A DNA stretch of 64,000 nucleotides, taken from the IMG/VR virus record IMGVR_UViG_3300007640_000027; one strand, written 5' to 3'. The DNA comes from a virus. Both the position numbers and the translations under genes were made by a program. A model generated the notes under the pieces. That model saw only the letters and a program-made list of their open reading frames with translations, ran no database searches and was not told the DNA's origin. How positions within the stretch are numbered: position 1 is the first letter of the stretch; each line of letters begins with the position of its first letter. Positions 11,211 through 20,061 of the stretch are shown piece by piece.

Positions 11211-12917
11211 TTAACCTTCACATGCAACACACTGCAAATCATTCAAATTCAATTTTCTACGAGAGAACGCCTGTGCTGAATTCATAGAGTGTTGATAATA
11301 AAGGGTTTTTACTCCCAACTGCCAAGCTTCAATAAGAAGTTTGTTCACATCCTTTGTTGGCATGTCAGGTGATATCATCAAATTAAGTGATTGTGACTGA
11401 TCAATATAATCTTGTCTTACCGCCGCTTGATTGATGATTGATGACTGATTGATCTCAGCAAAAGTCCTAAATACATCCTTTTGTTCATCAGTCAGAAAGT
11501 CCAGATGTTGTACCGAACCATCTTTTTTCTTAATACTATCCCATACCTCTTTGGTATCCTTACCCATTTCAATGAGAAGTTCTTTAAGTACCGGATTTTT
11601 AATCGTAATTTTAAGTTTTGCAACATCTTTTACAAAACAGTTTGAGAATAAAGGTTCTATTGATTGAGAAACTTGACCCAAAATAAATGCTGATGAAGTT
11701 GTTGGTGCAATCGCATTCAATGTAACATTTCTACGACCATAACCTTCCAAATATTCAGGTTCACCAAATATATCAGCAAGTTCTTGAGATGCTTTATATG
11801 ATTTTTGTTGAATTAATTTAAATACTTCAACATTCAATCTCGCAGTCTCTCTAGTATCAAAAGGTAATCCTTTTGATTGTAGTAATGAATGCCAACCTAA
11901 CACGCCCAATCCTAATGCTCTTTGACGTTTTGCGAAATTATATGCCTTTTCTAAGTAAAAGAATGCTCTTTGACCCTCAATCGTACCATTGTCTCTTAAA
12001 TCTTCAATTTTTGTTAAGAACTCAGTAACAACTGCGTCCAAGAAATAAACCATCGTTTCTACCGCATCAGTATCTTTCCATTCATCATAATGTAAAAGGT
12101 TCATTGATGATAAAACACAAACGAACGACTCTTCTTCAGAATTATGTAATGCAATTTCAGAACATAAATTTGAATTATAAATCTTCGCACCTTTATCTTT
12201 ATAAACTTCAGGAGCCTTATTGTTCATTGTGTCGTGGAACATAATATAAGGATATCCAATTTCTCCACGTCTTTGAATTACTTTTGCCCAAATCGCTCTT
12301 TTTTCTTCATCACCTTCAATCATTTGTTTCATAAAATCATCAGTTACTGTAACTGCGTGAGTTAAATCCTGAATAGGAAAACCTTCAGTACCAATTTCCA
12401 AAAATTCCATAATATCGGGATGTTCCAGTGGTAAATATGGTGAAAAACGACCACGACGAGTTGATCCTTGTGAAATGTTATCAACCACACTTTCAAATAA
12501 ATTCATAAAATGAACCGCACCAGGTGCATGACCATTATCTGTTACTTTTGCACCTCGTCCACGAATGTTACCAAAGTATCCTGATGTTCCACCACCCATC
12601 TTACTCATCTCACCAACTTCTGCTTGAGTATATAAAATAGACTCAATATTATCACCTATATTAGAACCGAAACAACTAACAGGTAACCCTCTTCTTTTAC
12701 CAAAGTTTGCCCATACGGGTGATGATAATGAATACCACCCACGACCCATATAGTCATAAAATTTATCAGCGAACCCTTCAATATTTAATAACTTTTCTGC
12801 GTGCTCAGCAATAACTCTAATCCTATCCAAAGGTTCTTCACCTTCACTCAAATATCCTCTACGAAGAAATGTGATTGACTCTTCATTAATCCATTCAAAA
12901 GGTTTTCTTTCTTTCAT
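11211..12917 (-). CDS. nrdA: Class I ribonucleotide reductase alpha subunit lacking an ATP-cone
   Basis: PVSCF, SNLCSE catalytic loop, IAPTTSS, DQSQSLNL, KTLYY, C-terminal CVAC; only 568 aa. Confidence 0.95.
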   Translation of the reverse strand: MKERKPFEWINEESITFLRRGYLSEGEEPLDRIRVIAEHAEKLLNIEGFADKFYDYMGRGWYSLSSPVWANFGKRRGLPVSCFGSNIGDNIESILYTQAEVGEMSKMGGGTSGYFGNIRGRGAKVTDNGHAPGAVHFMNLFESVVDNISQGSTRRGRFSPYLPLEHPDIMEFLEIGTEGFPIQDLTHAVTVTDDFMKQMIEGDEEKRAIWAKVIQRRGEIGYPYIMFHDTMNNKAPEVYKDKGAKIYNSNLCSEIALHNSEEESFVCVLSSMNLLHYDEWKDTDAVETMVYFLDAVVTEFLTKIEDLRDNGTIEGQRAFFYLEKAYNFAKRQRALGLGVLGWHSLLQSKGLPFDTRETARLNVEVFKLIQQKSYKASQELADIFGEPEYLEGYGRRNVTLNAIAPTTSSAFILGQVSQSIEPLFSNCFVKDVAKLKITIKNPVLKELLIEMGKDTKEVWDSIKKKDGSVQHLDFLTDEQKDVFRTFAEINQSSIINQAAVRQDYIDQSQSLNLMISPDMPTKDVNKLLIEAWQLGVKTLYYQHSMNSAQAFSRRKLNLNDLQCVACEG

Positions 12918-12938
12918 TTTTACTTTTTTTAATTGTTT

Positions 12939-14219
12939 TTAAAATAAATCGTTTGACGTAATAGACTTTGTCTTCTTACTATAATTAATACTTCTTTTAT
13001 TGAAGAAGTCTGTATGTTTTGTGGTTAAAATTTCATCATCAAACCACTCGGTAGTTTCTAATATTGTTTCATTAACATCAAAAATACTATCAATACCTAT
13101 TGAATTTAATGATATATTAAATCTATGTTTAATAAATTCCATAGTTTGTGATTTAGTTAAAAAATCCAAATCCCCTTTCTCAAAAATCCAATCCACAATT
13201 TCTTTTTCTGCTTCATATGCCTCCATAGTGGCAGAAACTAAATCTTCAACTAATTGATCAGTCCACCAGTTTGGATTTTCAGATTTAATCGTGTTAACCA
13301 AATCAAAACCAAATTCCGCATGAATGTTCTCTTCTTTTGATGTCGCTTCAACAGCATTTGAAATACCTTTTAACATATTTTTATGCTTATTAAAAGACAT
13401 TATAACCAAGAATTGAGAGAATAACGATACATTCTCAACAAACATTGAAAATAATACTACAGACTCAAAGTAATCACGGTTCTCAACCGCTTTTGAATTG
13501 GTAATTGATTTTTCCAAATACTTGATTCTTCTTCTAATTGACGGAACTTCCAATAAGTTTTCAAATTCTTTGTTTAACCCTAACAATTGAATCAGGTGAG
13601 AATATGCATCTGCATGTCTAACTTCAGATTCCGCAAATGTTGCACCAACATTACCAATTTCAGGTTTTGGCATTCTCTTATAAATGTCACCCCAAAATGT
13701 TTTAACTGCAACTTCAATCTGAGAAATAGCCAACATCGCTCTTTCAACCGCAGATCTTTCTTTTTCGTTCAAATGAACTTTAAAATCTTGAATGTCTGAA
13801 GTGAAATTAAATTCAGTATGAACCCAGTATGAGTGACGAATAGCATCCACATATTCGTTCAAATTTGGATATTCAAAAGGTTTTAAGTTTACTCTTTTTG
13901 AAAAGATATTTGGTCGGTTTTTTGCCCGATAAATGATATATTCTTTTGCAACATCATTTAATCCATTATCCATCAATTTGTTTTCCACCATATCGTGAAT
14001 TTCATCCACGTGTGGTACGTGATCTTTATTGTTTCTGAAAATTGCTTTGGTTGAAATTCTTGCAATTTTTTCGGCCATTTCGTCGTCAACTGTTCCGACG
14101 CTATTCATCGCTTTTAAAACCGCCATTTCAATTTTTTCACTTTCAAATAATACTTTGTCTCCGTTTCTTTTTATTACGTAACGAAGATCCTTATTTACAT
14201 TGTCTACTAAACTTTCCAT
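12939..14219 (-). CDS. nrdB: Ribonucleotide reductase beta subunit with N-terminal ATP-cone (class Id type)
   Basis: VIKRNGDKVLFESEKI...VAKEYIIYR ATP-cone; ferritin-like ligands QIEVAVK, ESEVRHADAY, FVENVSLF, KEENIH. Confidence 0.93.
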   Translation of the reverse strand: MESLVDNVNKDLRYVIKRNGDKVLFESEKIEMAVLKAMNSVGTVDDEMAEKIARISTKAIFRNNKDHVPHVDEIHDMVENKLMDNGLNDVAKEYIIYRAKNRPNIFSKRVNLKPFEYPNLNEYVDAIRHSYWVHTEFNFTSDIQDFKVHLNEKERSAVERAMLAISQIEVAVKTFWGDIYKRMPKPEIGNVGATFAESEVRHADAYSHLIQLLGLNKEFENLLEVPSIRRRIKYLEKSITNSKAVENRDYFESVVLFSMFVENVSLFSQFLVIMSFNKHKNMLKGISNAVEATSKEENIHAEFGFDLVNTIKSENPNWWTDQLVEDLVSATMEAYEAEKEIVDWIFEKGDLDFLTKSQTMEFIKHRFNISLNSIGIDSIFDVNETILETTEWFDDEILTTKHTDFFNKRSINYSKKTKSITSNDLF

Positions 14220-14245
14220 AATCTTTGTTTTTTTTTGTCGGTTAA

Positions 14246-15619
14246 TTAGGCTTCTTTTTGTTTGCGTTTTGCCATTAACTCTTTGATTCGTTCTTTATTC
14301 CTTTCTTCTTTTTGTTCTTCAATACCTAAGAACGTACTTGATTGTTCAGTATCAATAACCAACATTTCATTATCATACTTACAGTTTTCAAATACAATAC
14401 CATCTTTACCAATACGAGATTTGGTAATTGCGATTGTCGCCAGGTTCATCTCTTTTTGTACAAGTGATTTTGCCACTGAAATAATAACGTGACCCACTTG
14501 TGCTTTTTTAATTGAACCCCCCATCTGATCGGTAGTTACAACTTCAGATGAAATAGAAGATCGGTTACCTTGAGTTGCGGTCCATCCTGCGATGTCCAAC
14601 TCGTGACACATTGATTCAAAACCTCTCATTACAGCCCCCTCACTTTTCCATTCATCACCTAAGTTACGATCAGGTAAAACACAGTCAATATAATCCAAAG
14701 TCACCAAATCAATCTTAGTACCTTCAGCAATCATCTTGCGGATTTGATTTTTAATTTGTGACATTGTCATCTGATCTGAAGGTAATTTTTTTAAGATTAA
14801 ACGATTTGGTGCACTTTCCTTAATTTCTTTAACTTTTTCCATAACGTGTTCACGGTATTCTGACAGATTGTCAGGAGCGATACCTGTCCACATCGTAAAA
14901 TGTTTTCTTTGAATGATCTTTGGGTTATCCTCAAAGAATATCTGAAGAACATTGTAACCCAATCCAAAAGCGTGATTTGAGATCTTACTTAAGAATGTTG
15001 TTTTTCCCACACCGGTGGGTGCCAAAATAACACCGATTTCACCCTTTGCTAAACCACCTTTCATAAGGTTATCTATACCTGGAACACCTACCGGAATTGG
15101 GTGTCTGTAATCATCATTTAATACATCGTCCAGATCACTAAAAACATCGTTTGTACCTGTTTCAATTTCACCAACCTGTAGTGCGCCTCTAACCATTTCT
15201 TCTAAGTGATCATAACTTTCAAAATCACCTTTATCAATGATGTTCTGTGCTTTTGACATCACCTTTTGTAATTCTTGTTGTTTGCAGAATTTCAAAGACT
15301 TTTCTTGTACAAATGTGTGACCTGTTTCAGGTGCATCTTTTATGTCTGAGATAGTGTCAATAACCATTTTTCTCGCCATATGTGATGTTACTTCTGACTT
15401 GGCAATCTGTTCTAAAGTATCATAAGAAGGTGTATGTTCGTACTTCTTATAGTACTCTTTGATCATCTGTACGATCAACTTGAAATATTGATTGTCAAAA
15501 TATTTTGGTTCTATGACATCAATAATTGAATTTGAAAAATCTTTGTATAAAATGATGTTGTTTATTAGTTGTAATTGAAATGTATTTCCGAGGTATCCGA
15601 AGTTCTTTTCTGTTGACAT
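14246..15619 (-). CDS. dnaB: Replicative DnaB / T4 gp41-like helicase
   Basis: Walker A APTGVGKTT, Walker B LDYID, ATQGNR, KSRIG. Confidence 0.88.
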   Translation of the reverse strand: MSTEKNFGYLGNTFQLQLINNIILYKDFSNSIIDVIEPKYFDNQYFKLIVQMIKEYYKKYEHTPSYDTLEQIAKSEVTSHMARKMVIDTISDIKDAPETGHTFVQEKSLKFCKQQELQKVMSKAQNIIDKGDFESYDHLEEMVRGALQVGEIETGTNDVFSDLDDVLNDDYRHPIPVGVPGIDNLMKGGLAKGEIGVILAPTGVGKTTFLSKISNHAFGLGYNVLQIFFEDNPKIIQRKHFTMWTGIAPDNLSEYREHVMEKVKEIKESAPNRLILKKLPSDQMTMSQIKNQIRKMIAEGTKIDLVTLDYIDCVLPDRNLGDEWKSEGAVMRGFESMCHELDIAGWTATQGNRSSISSEVVTTDQMGGSIKKAQVGHVIISVAKSLVQKEMNLATIAITKSRIGKDGIVFENCKYDNEMLVIDTEQSSTFLGIEEQKEERNKERIKELMAKRKQKEA

Positions 15620-15660
15620 ATATTCTGAGTTTTATTCGTTTGTGTGAAATATAAATATGC

Positions 15661-16113
15661 CTAAACTAATCTATGTTCAAGATATTTCGTTGTAAAATTT
15701 TCACCTGAAAAAATGTCAGTCAGGTCTTTAAGTAGCTTTTTTAACTGTGGGCGGACATCTACGGTATATCTTACCTTCGGAGGGTATACTTTTGCATCTA
15801 GTCCTCTCTGACAAATTGTCTCATCTCCAATCTTAATTGTTAAGTAAAAATACTCAGGACCATCCGTATTTGCCGTATCCAAAACTGTTGGATCTTCAAT
15901 AATTTGATGATAATTGTCCATCATATAAACTAATGTTTTTTCCCTCAAATAATCTTCAAATACTGTAGTAAATTCTTTGATGGTTTCTTGTAATTCTAAG
16001 CTTCTACGAGCAACAGAATTATACCCCTTAACATTGAAGAATCTCTGTACTACAATGTTGTCATTCAAAGTTAAAATAAACTCCAATTTGGTTAGATTTT
16101 TTTTGTCTTTCAT
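15661..16113 (-). CDS. Hypothetical protein
   Basis: 150 aa ORF with ATGA overlap to the upstream exonuclease. Confidence 0.6.
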   Translation of the reverse strand: MKDKKNLTKLEFILTLNDNIVVQRFFNVKGYNSVARRSLELQETIKEFTTVFEDYLREKTLVYMMDNYHQIIEDPTVLDTANTDGPEYFYLTIKIGDETICQRGLDAKVYPPKVRYTVDVRPQLKKLLKDLTDIFSGENFTTKYLEHRLV

Positions 16114-17126
16114 AATTTACGTTTTTTTGTTTTAAATCTACGTTTTTCACTTCTTGTTAATTTCATAAATGGTGTTAGAAAATTTACCCAAGCGTTATCA
16201 TATTTACCCAAGTATTTAAAAATACCATCTTCTCTCATAAGTCTCATTAAGTTCTTATATCCCCTGTTTTCAGGGTCAATATCTTCTTCGTAATAAGACT
16301 TTATTGTTTGTTTGGACTCATCATCCAAAAGAGGGTTAGAAAGGTCCACAAGTCTTTTATTTACCTCAAAGAACTCATCACCAAAAACACCTTTTCTTGT
16401 TTTTCCTGATAATAAGTTCATCAATGCCCTATTACCTTTGTCTTCACTTAATAACCTCTCAGCCTTTTCTAAAATATCCTCAATTTTTATGACATCATCA
16501 ACTAATTCAGGAAATAATTTTACAAAAGTTTTTTCACCCAAATATTGTATACCGTCAATATTATCTGATTTATCTCCCGATATTGTTTTAAAAACCGCAA
16601 TGTTTTGGTGAGGAATAGAAATGTGGTATAAATCTATTTTATCACCGTACTTATAATACTTTTTCTTACTTGGAGAATATATCTGAACATTTTCAGATAT
16701 TAATTGGGTGAGATCTTTATCTGAAGAAAAAATTGTAATTTTCTCATCTTCAGCAATCTGACAATAGTATGCAATTGCATCGTCACTCTCAGCCCCATCT
16801 ATTTCAACCTGACGAATAAACATCTCTTCCAAATATTTTCTAATTCGGAGATTTTGCCATTCATAAGATTCTTTCTTTTGTGGATTAAGAGTTTCTTTTC
16901 TATTGGATTTATATTCAGGATAAAATAATCTTCTTTGGGAAGAGTTATCCACTCCGTCCCAAAAGACAATAACTTTATTAAAGTTATGTTCCTCAATAAA
17001 TCTTCTTATGGTGTTTACGAAGTGATAGATTGCACCAATGTGCTTTCCTTCGTGATAGTATTCTCTAACACCGTGAAAACCAATTTGAAACAAATTATTT
17101 CCGTCAACCAATAGGGTTTTTGTCAC
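16110..17126 (-). CDS. 5'-3' exonuclease / flap endonuclease (PolI N-terminal domain, T4 RNase H-like)
   Basis: LLVDGNN, YPEYKSNR, ESDDAIA, SSDKDLTQL, GDKSDNIDGI..LGEKT. Confidence 0.9.
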   Translation of the reverse strand: MTKTLLVDGNNLFQIGFHGVREYYHEGKHIGAIYHFVNTIRRFIEEHNFNKVIVFWDGVDNSSQRRLFYPEYKSNRKETLNPQKKESYEWQNLRIRKYLEEMFIRQVEIDGAESDDAIAYYCQIAEDEKITIFSSDKDLTQLISENVQIYSPSKKKYYKYGDKIDLYHISIPHQNIAVFKTISGDKSDNIDGIQYLGEKTFVKLFPELVDDVIKIEDILEKAERLLSEDKGNRALMNLLSGKTRKGVFGDEFFEVNKRLVDLSNPLLDDESKQTIKSYYEEDIDPENRGYKNLMRLMREDGIFKYLGKYDNAWVNFLTPFMKLTRSEKRRFKTKKRKL

Positions 17127-18154
17127 GACTGACTTGATTCAGATTCAACTTCTTTTCCTTCTTCCGATACTACCAAATTAAAGTCACCTTCAATTCCAAT
17201 GATTTCTTTCCAATAATCAGAATTTTCCGTTTTGTAACCTTCAATTGATTTCTTTTCTTCTGCACTGTCTTTACCAGAAAGAAATCCGTGTGCCGTCACA
17301 ATAATCTTTCCGTCCTCATAACCAAGTCCGTTGATATGGTTTTTTAAAACAGAAACTTTTGTTCGGGTTGCAAATTTAACCTTTCTTTTGTTTTTAACAG
17401 CAGAAATTTTTGTGGTTCCCGCATTTTTTTGATTTCCAAATAAGAAAACCAAAGATGAATTCAACCAAATTGATTCACCACCTTTCGCCTTAATTTTTGG
17501 TTGACCAAAAGGATTATCAGGTATTTCAACCCAAGGTTGATTAACAATAACCAAAGTATTTTCATATTTTGATGTGGATTTGCGAGAACCCGAAATTCTT
17601 TGATTAATACCCATACCTATTTTATCCGCCAAAACTGCGGCGTTATGTTGTTTACCACCTTTTCCATCATATGTCATTTTACAAGGAACTGATCCAACAG
17701 AATCCCATAAAAATAAAAGATCATATGGTAAATCACCTTTTTCTTGTGCATCCAAAAGTTCATTTATGTAATCGGTGATTTGCTCAATATAACTGAAGTC
17801 ATTATTAAAAATAAAAAATCCATCCCATTCAATCTCACCCGTTTCTTGATCAACCATCTCCTCACATTCAAAACCCATAAGTTTAGCATGTTCAAAAGAC
17901 CACTTTTGTTCCGTGATAATAAAAACAGGTAATACATCATTCTGTTGTGCCCAAACAGCACTCTTAACTAATGCGGTTGTCTTTCCCGTATCTGAATGAC
18001 CCAAAAACATATTTAAATGACCAATTGCCGGACCAGGTAAACCCACCGCATCCAAAAACACCTCTCCCAAATCAATAAATCTCTGATTTTTGTATTTGGC
18101 ACTCGCAGAAAACTTTTTCTTAATTGAGTTAAATTCTTTTTTCTTAATTGACAT
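17123..18154 (-). CDS. RecA/UvsX-like recombinase
   Basis: P-loop GHSDTGKTT, WDSVGS, VNQPW, KGGESI, KNHI; start revised to ATG 18154 (MSIKKK) because the longer track start lies inside a terminator hairpin. Confidence 0.8.
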   Translation of the reverse strand: MSIKKKEFNSIKKKFSASAKYKNQRFIDLGEVFLDAVGLPGPAIGHLNMFLGHSDTGKTTALVKSAVWAQQNDVLPVFIITEQKWSFEHAKLMGFECEEMVDQETGEIEWDGFFIFNNDFSYIEQITDYINELLDAQEKGDLPYDLLFLWDSVGSVPCKMTYDGKGGKQHNAAVLADKIGMGINQRISGSRKSTSKYENTLVIVNQPWVEIPDNPFGQPKIKAKGGESIWLNSSLVFLFGNQKNAGTTKISAVKNKRKVKFATRTKVSVLKNHINGLGYEDGKIIVTAHGFLSGKDSAEEKKSIEGYKTENSDYWKEIIGIEGDFNLVVSEEGKEVESESSQS

Positions 18155-18167
18155 ATCTTCAAACAAT

Positions 18168-18196
18168 AAAAATGGTGCAGACATCGCCTGCACCAT
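18168..18196 (-). terminator. Intrinsic terminator after the SSB gene
   Basis: ATGGTGCAG / CTGCACCAT 9-bp stem, 7-nt loop, followed by TTTT on the minus strand. Confidence 0.7.
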
Positions 18197-18209
18197 AAGT
18201 TAATTTTAA

Positions 18210-19059
18210 TTAGAAAGGTAATTCATCATCCACATCTTGATAACTTTGTGGATCCTCATCCTCAGACTCTGAAGAAGAAGAACCTCCAATTACCGATTGC
18301 GATTCTTCACCATATACGAATTTTTTCAATTCACTATCCCATACAGGAACCTCTCCTTGTGCTACCGCCTCCAAATACTCAACAGGTTTTTTAGCATATA
18401 CATCATTCCATGTTAACTCATCTGCTAACCACTCATCCATCAGTTCTTTTTCTTCGTGAACAGGACAAGGATCATCATACATAACAGTTTGAACTACAGT
18501 ATACTCAATACCTTTTGGTGTTTTTGCTTTAGCAAGTTCAATAATAAGATCACGACCTTCTTGAGGATCAGTGATATCACCTTTTGCCCTCCAAATTGGA
18601 ATAATCTTATCCAAAATACCTTCTTGCTTAATTGTCTTTAAATCTCCAAAACTTAGGTCCGTGATCTTCGTTTTCACGATCAATTAGTTTTACAATATAA
18701 AACTTACGAGGACGGTATTGCATCGCCAATTTCTTGTCCGATTCTTTACCTGTTGACATCAGTTCTTCATAAACTTCAGACAAAGGAGAACGTTCTCCAT
18801 CATTTTTACCGGGATCGTACAGCTTAGTCCATTTTCCGTCAATCTGAACCTCGTGATACCATACCTCTTTGAAAGGTGATGTACCATCTGAAGTTGGAAG
18901 AATACGGACGCGTTTTTGTCCTGATTTACTACCTTTTGGTAAATAAGTTGTGAAATACCGCTTTAAACGGTCTTCTTGTGACATTGCACCATTTGATGAT
19001 GCACGTTGGGTGTTTTTCTCGTACTGAGATAAAACAGAATCCAGTGTTGTTTTAGACAT
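18210..19059 (-). CDS. Single-stranded DNA-binding protein (T4 gp32-like), split by a frameshift at about 18630
   Basis: 5' part has VRILP...PFKEVWYH...RKFYIVKLIDR...KFWRF; 3' part in the +1 frame has DITDPQEGRDLII and an acidic tail ending DDELPF; together they form one SSB. Confidence 0.75.
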
Positions 19060-19101
19060 AATTTCTCATTTTTACTCGTTAATATTTGTTCTTATACACA
19101 A

Positions 19102-19134
19102 CAAAAATATAAACAAATAAAAGATTATGTCAAA
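19102..19134 (-). promoter_or_regulatory. Host-sigma (early/middle) promoter upstream of SSB
   Basis: TTGACA-N16-TATATT; also fits Bacteroidota TTTG-N21-TAnnTTTG (TATTTTTG). Confidence 0.55.
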
Positions 19135-19140
19135 TGTAAA

Positions 19141-19776
19141 TTATAATTCTTCAAAGGGTTTGTCAAAACTTTTTGCAATGTCTGATTCAGAATAATTTTC
19201 AACATCATCTGAAGTTAACACATACTCATTTTTACCCGATGCCTCTAATTCATTTTCTTTATCCTGAAAAAAATCCGTAAGTTTCTGATTATAAGGATAA
19301 CTATCCAAACTTCTCAACTGAAGTCTCTCCGTTGGTGTTTTTGGTTTCATTTTCTCAACCTTCTGTTCCAAATCATTAATCTTCATTAATATTTTATCCA
19401 TATCCTCTAACTTGTTTGTTAAAGAATCCAATTTTTGGAACATAGTGTCCATATATTCATCCTGTTTGTCTGAAATATTTTTTTGAGTTGTAACTAATTC
19501 AGTAACGTCTAATTCTTCTGTTGATGCTGACTCACCACCCATATCAGGTGTTTCTTCAGTAGATTCTTCATCATCTACAATTTCTACATCAGGATCTGAT
19601 TCTACATCAATAGGTTCAGGAATTTCTTCCGCACCTTCATCAGACGCAACATCCATTTCACCACCTTCTTCAGGTGTATCCTCATCAGGTACTTCACCTA
19701 ATCCCTGTTCATTTAAATAACTAGAGATATTTTGATATCTACTAATTTCATCTAATATTTTTTTCTCTATTGACAT
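19141..19776 (-). CDS. Acidic coiled-coil protein, possible prohead core / internal protein
   Basis: E/D-rich middle, heptad region, N-terminal ILDE...LNEQ; likely start MSIEKK at 19776. Confidence 0.5.
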   Translation of the reverse strand: MSIEKKILDEISRYQNISSYLNEQGLGEVPDEDTPEEGGEMDVASDEGAEEIPEPIDVESDPDVEIVDDEESTEETPDMGGESASTEELDVTELVTTQKNISDKQDEYMDTMFQKLDSLTNKLEDMDKILMKINDLEQKVEKMKPKTPTERLQLRSLDSYPYNQKLTDFFQDKENELEASGKNEYVLTSDDVENYSESDIAKSFDKPFEEL

Positions 19777-19786
19777 TGTAATATTT

Positions 19787-20011
19787 TTAACCATTTAAAA
19801 GGGACTTTACTCCCTGTGGCGTTTCAACTTTAAGAGTTCTGTTAATTTGTTTTGAATTATCATATCTCTCAATTAATCCGTCTCTCATTCTAACGGTATA
19901 ACAATCACCAGTATCTAAGTCACAAACTTCTTTGTAACCTTCACCCATATCTCTCTCGGTGATTCTGGTATCTTTTTTTAAAAAATTATCAAGTAACGTT
20001 TTAGTATCCAT
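19787..20011 (-). CDS. Small hypothetical protein
   Basis: 74 aa; TATTTAT motif 12 nt upstream. Confidence 0.6.
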   Translation of the reverse strand: MDTKTLLDNFLKKDTRITERDMGEGYKEVCDLDTGDCYTVRMRDGLIERYDNSKQINRTLKVETPQGVKSLLNG

Positions 20012-20061
20012 GCTTTTTTATATATAAATATATCCAAATTCAATAAATTTTCAATTTTTTA

